From Eledone cirrhosa (taxonomy: Eukaryota): 64,000 bases of DNA. A program made the translations under genes and the position numbers. Of this stretch, positions 52,262 through 64,000 are shown in pieces (positions within the stretch are counted from its first letter, which is position 1; each line of letters opens with the position of its first letter). The stretch lies in contig OZ024742.1 of assembly GCA_964016885.1 (NCBI GenBank), positions 69,130,001 through 69,194,000 on the forward strand, in the 5' to 3' direction. The notes under the pieces were generated by a model. That model saw nothing but the letters and a program-made list of their open reading frames with translations. It was not told the DNA's origin and made no database searches.

Positions 52262-55200
52262 GGTCTAAGCGGACGTATTTTGCTCGCTCCCAGTAATCGC
52301 TTTATTTGTCTGTTAAAATTATTTGTTGTTAAATATTTCTTATTGTGTAAGGGATATATAATCCCTTAGACTTTGCCCTGTGAAGGGGGAAGTATAATAT
52401 TTGGGCTTTTTGGCCCAAATATTTGAATTTTCTTTACAAGTTAAAACATTTACGGAGAAAAAAAAAATATGGCTGAGCCACGCCCCCCAGCGATATGTCT
52501 GCGGTCGTGCCACAACGACGTAGAAGTTGAGAGGAGCGCTACAGCGAAATTAACACAAATTGATAACACAAACACCACCACAAACAATGTAACCAATGAT
52601 ACCAATGAGAACTCTAATTTTGAAAAAAATGACAGTAACAGCGACAACGAAAATACAGATAACAAAAAAAAAAATAACAAATACAACAACAATATCAACA
52701 CCACTAACATGAAAACAAATAGCGACAACACCAACAGCAACAATACCAACTGCACCGAGAACAACGGTGGCAACAAAGACAACAATGATAACAGCCACAG
52801 TGCTAACAACACCAACAAGAACAACGACAACGACCACAACACCCCCAACGAAAACAAGAAAAACACTTTCGCTGCGGCAGCAGCAAAAAAGAGGCCATGC
52901 TTCAACATGGACCTATCAAACAAAGATGGTTGGCCCAGCCATGGAAGCTCATCAAGCAAGAGCTAACCTGGGCCAACTTAACTGTCCCGGTAGAAGCTAT
53001 TGAGGCAGTGGAGCGCAGAACGGTGCATTATAGATGCATCTCAGCACAAACCAAAAGGGCAGCTTTAATCCCACAAGAAGATGTCGAAGTCGCGCTGAGG
53101 TGCATCAGAGAAGACACCGAATACATAGTGAGTGGCAGACAGTACGGCACCATTTCGGTGTTGTTCAAGTCAGAAGTCCTCGCTATGAAACACGCTATGA
53201 CTCCTTGCAAAACCAGCAAGGTCATAATGTACACCTCCCACATGGGAAAAAGAACGGCCCGTCTCCGCATTCCCAGAATCCCACCAGGACTTGACATGTG
53301 GTGGCTTCTGGGATGTGTGATTGTGGAGGGGACGGATACCGTCCCTATAGAAGTGACCAGAACAGCCAGAGAGGGCTGGTCCGGGGTTGACCTGGAGATC
53401 CTTTCCAGATCAGGCCCGAGAATGTGAAGACAATCCCGGACCACATCCGCCCCTTCAGAATGGAACGGTCATTCATATTATGACCGAATGCAAAAGGCCG
53501 CAGTGTTTTGTTTGTGGGGAAAAAACCCATTTGCGAGCCTTCTGCCCTCAACTGCTGAAAGAGGCAAGGGGTCGAAAGGCTCCACTGCTGCCGACGCCGG
53601 GGCGAGGACCACAACCAACACCAGCACCGGCAAAACCACCAACAACACCAATAGAAAGACCACCACCAACATTGACCACCCAGGGGGGAAACGAGGAAAG
53701 CTGTCAAATCCCCCCCCCCAAAAAAAAAATACACACACCAATAAAACCATAAACATACATAGACACATTTACAGGCACAGACCCCTCATTTACCAGTAGT
53801 GAAGATGAGGGAAAACCAAAATCCCCCAAAATACAAAAAAGGAAACACAAAAAGAAAAAAAAACTCAACAAAGCACAAAATCACCCACAATAAAAAACGC
53901 AGACACCACCCACGCAAACATCTCTCCAATAACACCAACATCAACACCGCCATCACCATCACCAGAATCCCCCAAACGCAAACAACCTAAACAGACGCAA
54001 GAACAAATATACACACAAACATCTGAAACCACAGACACCGCACTCACAACAAACACAGATACAACCGAAACAACACCACCAAAACCATCACCACCACAGT
54101 CACGCAAACAAATAAAATCATACCAACAAAACATACAAAACTTCGTGCTCGTCAGGAGGGCCAACAAGGAACTGATGGCCCTCGTAGCACGAAGTGAAAA
54201 TATACGAAAAGAGGAGGAAATTTATAAATCGAGCACATTTCGCGTGCCGGAAGATTTGGTTCTGGTGCGGATGTCGCTCGATATATTCAAAGAAATACGA
54301 GACAGCTTTCCTCGGGACGTGGGAACCCCGAACGTAAAACCCACTTCAAGACTTTTAAAGTGGTTCCCAAAAGAAACCCCACCAACTATGGAGGTCGAAC
54401 AACCCGACCTTCACAAGAGCCCAGAAGGTAAGTAAACCTTCCTCTCTCTCTTTTTAACCTGCAAACATGGCCGTATTAAGAGTAGGATGTCTAAATGTTC
54501 GAGGCCTGGGATCGTTCTGGAAGCAGGGTCACCTGCTCAACGACCTCAGGTCTATAGAAATGGATGTAATTGCCGTCAACGAGACCAGGATTTCCGACAC
54601 GCGCGCACTAGCCCCCATTTTCGACGACTATCAGATCTTTGCATTTGTTAGCCGGTCGGGAATGGGAGGCGGAGTGGCAGTGCTGTTTAGGAAAGGCCTG
54701 GATCACGAGGTATGGTCGATCTTCCGGGACACGGACGGGAAGTTGGTGGTCCTGGACGTGAACCATAACGAAGGTGGTGCCTTTAGACTGGTGGCCGTCT
54801 ATGCTCTTACTGGGGAAGGACGGTCGGACTTCTTTAGACGCTTGGAAGCCTTTCTGTGTACGTCTCGCCCTTTACTGTTAGCGGGAGACTGGAACGGCAT
54901 CTTAGACGCACGCTGGGAGTGTGTGGGAGTATCCGATAGGAGCGGGGGATGCAAAAGCCTCAAGAACCTGATCAGCCAGTTCCAAATGTCTGACAGGTAC
55001 CGACTAGATTTCCCTAATGCGCCAGTGTGGACCTGGGCTAACCGCATAGGGTCATCTAGATCGTATATAGACAGGATATTCATTAGGGAAATAGACAGAA
55101 ATAGTGTAAGCTGTCCACGTTTTGAAACGGTCGCCTATTCAGATCACAAGTTTGTGATCTGTATAGTCGACCTAGATAAGACGCGTAGGTTAGGACCTGG

Positions 55201-58143
55201 TTACTGGAAGCTAAACATGTCATTTCCGGCACGTAAGGCTTACAGGAACCAGGTCAACAATTTAGTTAAGAAAAAGTTGACAGGGGGAGTCGTCAACAAT
55301 AGATGGTGGGGGGGGGGGGGGGGGGGGGCTCTCAAAAGAGAGATTAGAGTAATGTCGATAGAGTTTAGCAAAGAAGTAACGTTAGAGAAAAATAGAAAGG
55401 AGAGGGAGTTGGTAGATAAGTTAGACGAGGCTATTGGTAGTGAAATTGCAACTGACGTGCTAGCGGCGAGAATGGCATTAGACCATTTCTTCAATGCGAA
55501 ACACGAAGGTTGCATTGTCAGAGCTAAGGCACGTGCTCTGAGAAACGAGGGAACCAAAGCTGTTCGATGGACCCGCGTGGCAGGGGCGCAACGTGGTAAT
55601 AAAACCACGATTCGGTCTTTGACGGACCGAGACGGGAACGGGCTGAGCGATTCCAAGGGGATGTGTGAGGCCATCGCCAACATTTTGCTCGGTTGTTCGG
55701 GGGAAGTGGCGGGTCAGAGATGGTGGCGGACTTCAGTCCCTACCTCGATGGCTTGCCGCAACTCTAGACGGCTGATGCTGGGCTCTGCGAAAGGCCAATT
55801 ACTTCAGCCGAGATTCAGGATGCCTTGTCGGCTGCATGAGGCGCAAGTCACCAGGTTTGGATGGTCTGCCCTACGAGCTTTACGTAAATATTCCAGACTT
55901 GTTCTCCAATCTCCTCGAAGCCCTCTACTGCAACTGGCAGCAAAACTGGAATATTCCCAGTTCTGTGAGCCGGGGCGTAATGACGCTGATAAGGAAAGAC
56001 GAGAACAAGAGGGACACATTAGACAATTTCAGGCACATAACTCTGCTCAACACAGAGTTTAAGATTTTGGCCAAGGTGTTAGCAAAGAGATTGGCGCTTG
56101 TCGTCGAGGATTTGGTTGGGGAGGCGCAAACTTGCGCAATCCCAGCCAGGGCCATACACGACAATCTCCACCTCATGCGATACATCATAGAGAGGGTAGG
56201 GTGTAAACCTGGCTTCGGTGGGGCTCTGATCAATTTAGATCAATCGAAAGCATTCGATAGGGTCGACCATCGGTACCTGGCGGCTGGCTTCGGCCCCGTC
56301 TTCAGAAGCTGGATCGCTGCAATGCACAGCGGCACCTGCTCGATGGTCAAAATTAATGTCCACCTCTCGGAACCGTTTCAGGTCTCCCGATCGGTCCATC
56401 AAGGGTGCCCTCTCTCCTCCCTTCTGTACGTATTGACTCTCGAGCCTTTACTGCGGAAGCTGGAGTTGTTGCAGGGCATCCCGCTCGAACCGGGACGCGG
56501 AAAGGCTGTGTCGGCTTATGCGGACGACATCACCGTGATGGTGTCGGACACCTCAGAAATCGAGGTGGTCGGCAACATATTGGAGGAATATGAAAGGTTG
56601 ACGGGAGCAAAACTTAACCCGGAAAAGTCGGTGGGCTTGCAACTCGGCACCTGGAGAGGCAAGTCTATGCCGTCCAACAGCGTCGTTAGGCGCTGGACGG
56701 ACGGACCGGTAAAGTTGCTAGGGGTTTGGTTCGGGCCAGACCTCCAGGTGGATAATAATTGGGACGAGGTGACGGGCAGGGTAGCCAGTCTCACCCAGAA
56801 ATGGGCTGGGATGAAGCTATCACTGAAAGGTCGGGCAGAGGTGGTGAACGCGTACATCGCATCCGTCATCTACTACCGTCTGACCGTCGTCCCTTGCCCC
56901 CGTTCGCGCCTCGCCATCTTGGAGCGGCTCCTCTTCAAATTCTTGTGGAGGGGTCAGGTTCCGCTGGTGAGGAGGTCCATCTGCTGCCAGCACCCTCTAC
57001 GTGGAGGGCTGTGTATGCCGTGGCTAATAATGCGCAGGCACGCGCTGAGGCTGCGGCATCTCCAGATATTCTGACTAAACGGTGAACAGGTGTGGTCGCC
57101 GTTTGTCAGACGGGCCTTTCCGCAGCTCGTTTCTTTGACTGAGCTGGAGTCCTGAGTCAAGAAGAGACCGAGACTGGGTGACTGGCATCTGGAATGTTGC
57201 CAGGCACTCACTGCCCTCTACCAGGCGGGCAATGCGGTCAGTGGAACTTCCACTCTCGAGTTCTATAGAGGATTAGTGGTGGACAAGTGCGACGACGCAC
57301 TCGGAGAGGCTCTGGGAGTCAACGAGGTCGAACTAACCAGTCTGTACAGGAGGATTTTCGAGCCGGGGACGATGGATAATTTCCAAAAATCCCTCGCTTG
57401 GCAGTGCTATCGGGGGGTACTGCCGGTTCGAGATAAACTCTACAGGCACAGAAGTGCTGTCAGACGGATCTGCCCGAGATGCGTGCAGAGCGACGAAACC
57501 GTTCTGCACGCACTCGTCCAGTGTCCATGCATTACTGGCTTGTGGAGTTATGTTGAACAGCTGTTGTCGCGTGTAGAACGGATCCGGCTATCGGCCGAGT
57601 CCATAGTGAAGATCGAACCGCCACCTTCTTTTGGCCAGGAAGGGCAGGTAATTTTCCTCTGTCTGGTGGCAAAGAGATTGTATGGTGGACGAGGTTGAAA
57701 GGATTGAAGACAGACTCTTTTCTCTTCGGCCAATCCCTCATCAACTTTTTCAAGTTTCACTTGGAAAGGAAGGTGAGGGTGGAGAGAGAAGTGCTGCCCC
57801 CCCCCCCCCCCCCAGTACATTTGCTGAAAGGTGGGTGAATGTGGCGAGAATGGCCCGTAGGTAGGTAAATTTGAGGAGGAGAGGGGTGCCCTTCCAGGGT
57901 GCTCTCGAAGCGTCGGGTCGTTCAGTACTGGTGGAGGTACCTGAGCAAACCCTAGGTGGTCATCCCCCCTATTGGAGAATTTTATCTTGTTGTAATTTTA
58001 TTGTTACTTTGTTATTGTTACTTTGTTATTGTTATTCATATTGTTTATTCGATTTTTCTGTAAAATCCCACTGCCCCAGTCTTTTGTATTGTCCCCTATA
58101 TGTCGGCCCTTGTGGCCAATAAATGAAATCATTATTATTATTA
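52262..58143 (+). mobile_element. Near full-length Tx1/L1-clade LINE, copy 1 (frameshifted)
   Basis: ORF1 ~52469-54435 (FAAAAAK, CFVCGEKTHLRAFC knuckle); ORF2 54467-57864 with APE (CLNVRGL, NET, GDWN, YIDRIF, SDH, WKLN), RT (KSPGLDG, FRHITLLN, DQSKAFDRVDH, QGCPLS, AYADD) and CPRC..ETVLHALVQC; AATAAA + (ATT)n tail. Confidence 0.92.
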
Positions 58144-58144
58144 C

Positions 58145-61100
58145 TGGTGACCTACGTAGGAAATCGTATCATCCTGAGCTCCGCAATGGTTTGTTGTTTT
58201 CATTTGTTTAAAATTGCCATTTATGGAAAATCTTTGTTGTTAACTGTTTATAAAGTCACAAAATTTGCTTTCGGAAAAGAACACTAAAAAAGATTGGGGC
58301 CTAGAGCCCAAAATTTAAACTTTTATAATTATCAAACTAAAATTTCTTTGAAAAATTATGGACGACTCACAGCTACACCAAGCAGCTGAGAACGTTCCTC
58401 ACAAACTAACACCTCATACCAACACCACCATTGTAAATATTATTACGTTTGCCAACACTAAAAATATAAGCAGTAGCAATAATTTAAATTTGTCTCATAC
58501 AGACATTCATTTCCCGCCATTACCAATGACTGCAGGTCTTGAAGCCGCCACCCCCACCACCACCACAGCGACAACAGAAACAAAACAAAAAAAAAAAATT
58601 ATCTCGTGACATCGAAATGGATTCACGCAGAATGGACTCTTCCACACCGAACACCACTGACACCACCACCACCACAACTGAAACTAAAAATAACAATAAC
58701 AAAAATAACTATAACAACAACAGCAACAACAACAATGGGAATAACAACATCGTGTCGTTTGCCAAAGCAGCTAAAACATGCGAAACAATCCAGGTAACTC
58801 AGGAGGAATTAGATGAAGCCAAGAGAATGGTAAAGAAAGATGGGTACAGGGTCAGCCTCACCCGCTCCCACCAAATAAAATGGAGCATCGGCGCCTATGC
58901 ACCGTGTCTTATCGGACGATTAACATATAATCGCGCCGAGTGGAACGGGCATCCGAGTCCCAAATCCAAAAAGCTTTCGGACATGTGTGGGCAAAAAAAA
59001 CCCACATCAGTCGTGGGCAGAAATATGGAAGCGTGGACGTGTTCTTTGGAACACTACAGGAGGTCAGAGAGCACTCCATGGCCCCATTAAGAAGCGACGA
59101 CTTCACACTCGTCCCAAGCTATTGTGGCCAGAGACTCGTAAAGACCAGGGTGACCCACGTTCCACCGGCCATCGAAATTCCCTGGCTAATGGCTGCCGCC
59201 CTCGCCGGCATCGAGGCCAACACCAAAATAATAGAAATAACAAAAGAAAAGCAGGAGAATTGGTCCGGATCTGGGATGGAGCTCTTGATCCAAGCGGACG
59301 AAAAAGGCATTGAGGAGATCCCAGAGGTAATAGACCTCACTAACATCAGGCACCTCACCGTAATCGTCGAGGGTAAAAGGCCTAGGTGTGTCGTTTGTGA
59401 TTAAGGAACCAACCTAAGGGATTTCTGCCCTTAGGCTAAAAAGTTGAGGCCACCTGTCTTACCCACCCCAGTGAGTCAACCATCAAAACCACCAACAGCA
59501 GAAATGGCAGCAACAACTGTAGCAGCAACAACAGAAGCAACTGTAGCAGCAACAACCCCAGCAACAGTAGCAAAACCAACACCACCACCACCCAACGCGC
59601 CAGAACTAGCTCCAGCGCCTACACCATCCACCACGCCACAACCAAAACCAACGCCTGTGGAGGATTTTCCACTCCCCGACCTATCGCAACTGGAGACAGA
59701 TTGTGACGACGAGGAGTGGGAAACGGTATCAGGAAAAAAGAGGAAAGAAAAAGAAGCCAAAAAAGAAAAAAATCCTCTTCCTTCCCCCTCCAAAAACAAA
59801 ATACAGAAGGAAACAAATAAACTATCAAACAAACAAGTTAGGACAACTATGCCACCATCCACACCAGCATCACCAACCCCATCACAACAAACACCAACAC
59901 CATCACCATCACCATCATTAACCCCAACACCACCATCACCAACACCACAAAAGTCACCAAAAAGCGAAACAGAAACAAACCCACAACAAACGCAAACAAA
60001 ACAAAACAACCAAAACGATACACACTACACAGCATTAAATTTGAACAATAACCAACTATGACACTACATCCAACACAACACCAGCATCACAGAAAAGACT
60101 ACACAACACCCCAAAAGTTCACACCACCTCCACACATACAAATCACTCGCATCACACAGAAAACGTACACGACACTAAAACAAAAATTCCCCAAAGACAT
60201 CGGAAACTTCCGACAAGCACTCTCCAGGAGGATTTATAAGGACATCCTTCCGGAGGAGGCCACAAACAGTGAAAAGGATGGAGAAACCATCCTTCCTCTA
60301 CGAGAAGTAAGGTAAGTGGTCTTTCCCATCTTTTCCACTCCATTTCAACATGACCTCACTCAGAATAGGCAGCATAAATGCGCGTGGCTTGGGGTCGTCG
60401 TGGAAGCAGGGCCACCTGCTCAAGGACCTCAGGTCACTAAACATAGATGTAGTGGCTATCAGCGAGAGCAGAATCTCCGACGCACGGGCCTTCGCACCGA
60501 TCTTCGGCAGCTACGATGTGTACGCATCTCCCAGCCGTCCTGGATCGGGGGAGAAGTTGCTGTGCTTTTTTGGAGAGGTTTGGATCTCGCCATACGGGCT
60601 ATCTTCCTGGACCCAGAAGGAAAGTTGGTGGTGCTGGACGTGACCAGCGGAGAAGGGAAAGCTTTCAGGCTAGTGGCCGTCTATGCCCCGACAGGAGCAG
60701 GGCGGCCTGATTTCTTCCGGCGTCTGGAGACCTTTCTAGGAACGTCCCGCTCTTTAGTGTTAGTGGGCGACTGGAATGGGATCTTAGATGCACGCTGGGA
60801 TTAGCGGATAGGGGAGGAGGGTGCAAGAGCCTCACCAACCTGCTCAGGCCTTTTGAACTGTCTGACAGGTACCGATTGTATTTCCCGAATGTGCCAATGC
60901 GGACTTGGACAAATCGCATAGGGTCATCCAGATCATATCTAGATAGAGTATTTTGTAGGGAAATAGATAGGTCTAGCATAAGCTGTCCACAATTCAAGAT
61001 AGTCAGCTACACGGACCACAAATTTGTGATCTGTGTGCTTGACTTAGATAGGTTTCATAGAAGAGGACCCGGCTACTGGAAGCTAAACGCGTCCTTACCA

Positions 61101-63643
61101 GCGCGCAAGGCCTACAGAGACCGGATTAGCGAACTTGTTAAGAGAGCGTTAACGGGGGCCATCGTCAACAACAAGTGGTGGTTTGCTCTGAAAAGAGCGA
61201 TTAGAATAGAGTCCATTAGGTTTAGTAAGGCTTTAGCTATAGAGAAAAATAGAGCAGAGGGAGAACTAGTTAGAAAATTAGACGAGGCGCTTAGCAAAGG
61301 CATCGCGACCGACGTACTTGCGGCGAAATTGGCCCTTGACCAATTCTCCAATGCAAAGCACGAAGGCTGCGTTGTCAGATCTAGGGTGCGTGCTCTCAGA
61401 CACGAGGGGACGAAAGCCGTTCAATGGGCCCGAGTGGTGTAGGTGCGACGTGGCAACAAGTCCACAATTCGGTCTTTGCCTGATCAAAACGGGCGCATGT
61501 TGTTCGAGCCCGAGCAGATGTGTGCGGCTTTTCAACAGCACTCTGCTCAATTGTTCGGGAGCGGCGGCGGGCCAGATCGGAGTATGGACTTCGGTGCATA
61601 CCTCGATGAACTGCCGCGGCTCTCGACGACCGCAGCGCAGCGCAGCGCTGCGAATAGCCGATAACAGCAGGTGAAATACGGGAAGCGATGTCTGACTGCA
61701 CGAGGGGTAAAACGTCAGGTTTGGATGGTCTGCCCTAGGAGCCTTATGTGTATCTGCCAGACTTGTTCAGCGACCTCTTGGCAGATGTCTACTGCAACTG
61801 GCAGCAGAACGGGAGCATTCAGAGTTTTGTGAGCCGAGGAGCTGTGGCGCTGCTGAGAAAAGACCCGAACAAGGGGGACGTTACACACAACTTCAGACCC
61901 ATAACTCTGCTAAACGCAGAGTTTAAGAATTTGGCCATGGTGTTAGCAAAGAGGTTAGCGCTTGTCGTCGGTGAACTGGTGGGAGACGCGCAGACATGCG
62001 CCATTCCGGACAGATCCATCTACGACAATCTCCATCTCATGCAATACATCTTAGAGAGGGTGGTTAAGGAACCTGGCACGGGTGGGGCTCAGATCAACTT
62101 GGATCAATCTAAAGCATTTGATAGGGTCCACCATCACTACCTGGCTGCGGTCTTCGAGGCGGCCGGCTTCAGGCCCGTTTTTTGGGTCTGGATCGCTGCG
62201 ATGCACAGCGACATCTGCTCGATTGTGAGGGTGAATGGTCACCTTTCGCAGCCTTTCAGCATCCTGCGCTCGGCTCTGGAGCGAGGTGACGAGCAAGGTG
62301 GCCTCTCTTACCCAGAAATGGGCCGAGAGGAAGCTGTCCCTGAAAGGTCGGGAGGAGGTGGGGAATGCGTTCATCGCATCCGTCATCTGCTTTGCCCCGG
62401 CCCAACTCTGACCCAAATGGTGCGCCTCCTCTTCCGCTTTTTATTGAAGGGACGTGCTCCCATGGTCAGACGATCCATTTGCTGTCAACACACGTTGCGT
62501 GGAGGACTGGGCATGCTGTGGCTGATGATGCGCAAACACACGCTGAGGCTGCGACATCTATGGTGCTTCCTTGACGGTGAACAGGTGTGGTCACCGTTTG
62601 CCAGACGTGTTTTTCCCCAGCTCGTCTCATTAACGAAGCTGCAGTCCTGGATCAAGAAAAGACCGAGGGATAGCGCTTGGAAGCTGGAATGTCTCCAAGC
62701 GCTCACAGCCTTCTACCAGCTGGGCACTAGTATCGGTGGAACATCCACCTCAGCGTTCTATAGAGGACTAGTGGAGGGGAAGAGTGACGACGTTCTCGGG
62801 AAGACCCTGGGCGTCGAAAACGATCAGCTGTTCGCTCTCTTCAAGAGAACTTTCAACCCGGGGCCTGTGGACAACTTCCCGAAATCCCTGGCCTGGCAGT
62901 GCTACCGGGGAGCGTTTCCCGTTCGCGATAAGCTCTACTATCACGGAAGTGCCGTCAGTCGGACCTGTCCGAGATGCGCACAGAGCGACGAAACCGTTGT
63001 GCACGCACTCGTTCAGTGTCCGAACATTGCTGACTTGTGGAGCTATGTCGAACATTTGCTGTCACGTGTAGGACGGATCCGGTTATCGACTGAGTCCATT
63101 GTGCAGATAGCCTCGCCGTCCTCCTTTAAGGAGGAGGGAGGGCAGCCAGTTTTCATCTGCCTGGTGGTCATGGTGAAAGAGATGTATGGTGGACAAGGTT
63201 GAAAGGATTGAAGACGGACACTGTCCTCTTCGGCCAATCCCTCATTAACTTTTTCAAGTTTCACTTGAAGAGGAAAATCAGAGTGGAGAGACAAGTGATG
63301 TCTTCTAGTAAGTTTTTTGGAAGGTGGGTGAAAGTCGCGAGTCTGGTGCGAGTGAACGGGCCCGTTCTGAGTATGCGCCTGTAGATTGAGGAGTGGAAAA
63401 CTGAGAGGGCGCTTGCCCTGGTGGTCAGGGTAGCCGTGGTCTTTTATGTGGTTTTCGCCACGAGTGACCCTCGGAGGTTTCCCTTTTTTGGGGGAATTTT
63501 TGTTGTTTGAATTTTTTTGATTTCTACCCCGATTTTGTTATAACCTGTTAACACGACCAAAACCCACTTTGTATCGCCCTGTACTGTTCTGTGCAGTCTC
63601 TAATGTTTTTCTTCGTGTTAGCCCTTGTGGCCAATAAAGAAAC

Positions 63644-63677
<34 letters not shown>
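58145..63677 (+). mobile_element. Near full-length Tx1/L1-clade LINE, copy 2 (diverged subfamily, RT core deleted)
   Basis: ORF1 ~58358-60315 (SFAKAAK, RPRCVVCD knuckle); ORF2 from ATG 60350 (SINARGL, GDWN, YLDRVF, TDH, DQSKAFDRV, CPRC..HALVQC); QG..YADD segment missing near 62275; AATAAA + (ATT)n. Confidence 0.9.
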
Positions 63678-63678
<1 letters not shown>

Positions 63679-64000
63679 CTTGAATCTCAGTCATTGATGT
63701 TGGTTAACTGGAAAGTCCGTTGGAATGAATATCAAGCCACTACCTGCAGCCTCAGATATTCAGGACGTATCGGAGGGTTCTTGCTGTTCCCAGGAAGCAT
63801 GCCTTTTGAAGAGTTCCAAAAAGCGTGAAGGGGCCAATTTTCTTTAACCATCCCTGGAAACTTTTTGAGATAGTCCCTAGTGCGCCTATGACAATCGGGA
63901 TCACTTTGACTTCATGGCAGTTCCAAATTCTTTTTACCTCCCACTTTAAGTCCTGGTATCGGTTAATTTTCTCCCTCTCCTTCTCTTGCACTCTCGTGTC
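63678..64000 (-). mobile_element. Dong/R4-clade LINE 3' end (continues beyond the window)
   Basis: EKINRYQDLKWEVKRIW..VIPIVIGALGTI..LQKACFLGTARTLRYVL*; ends in (TAA)n. Confidence 0.8.

Larger units (their letters stand above)
50664..52262. mobile_element. Cluster of S1 SINEs: 50664-50848(-), 51138-51320(+), 51581-51780(+), 52051-52261(+)
   Basis: S1 core and GGCCTTGTGCCAAAAGTAGAAACAATTATT tails; the plus-strand copies sit at (ATT)n runs. Confidence 0.85.

Overview
This is AT-rich, repeat-saturated eukaryotic DNA. The SINE families and microsatellite style suggest a coleoid cephalopod, probably Octopus (inference). The only host coding sequence I can support is a divergent pair of paralogous EGF-repeat genes. 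On the minus strand, a signal peptide + 4 EGF exon (21083-21687) splices in phase to a transmembrane exon (14647-14814), whose juxtamembrane tail looks like the lead-in to a TIR domain. On the plus strand, an Asn-rich stalk + EGF exon lies at 28511-29071. The rest is a nested transposon landscape: Penelope-like elements, Helitrons, a hAT relic, RTE/CRE/Dong LINE fragments, tRNA-SINEs, and two tandem near-full-length Tx1/L1-clade LINEs (52262-63677) in an (ATT/TAA)n array. The most striking unexplained layer is a set of short (about 300-800 bp) non-coding, terminally redundant or inverted elements next to (TA)n tracts, many carrying type I hammerhead ribozyme motifs (retrozyme-like or non-autonomous Penelope derivatives). 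The dominant SINE also shares its 3' tail with the Tx1-like LINEs. Coordinates were read by eye, so repeat boundaries are approximate.
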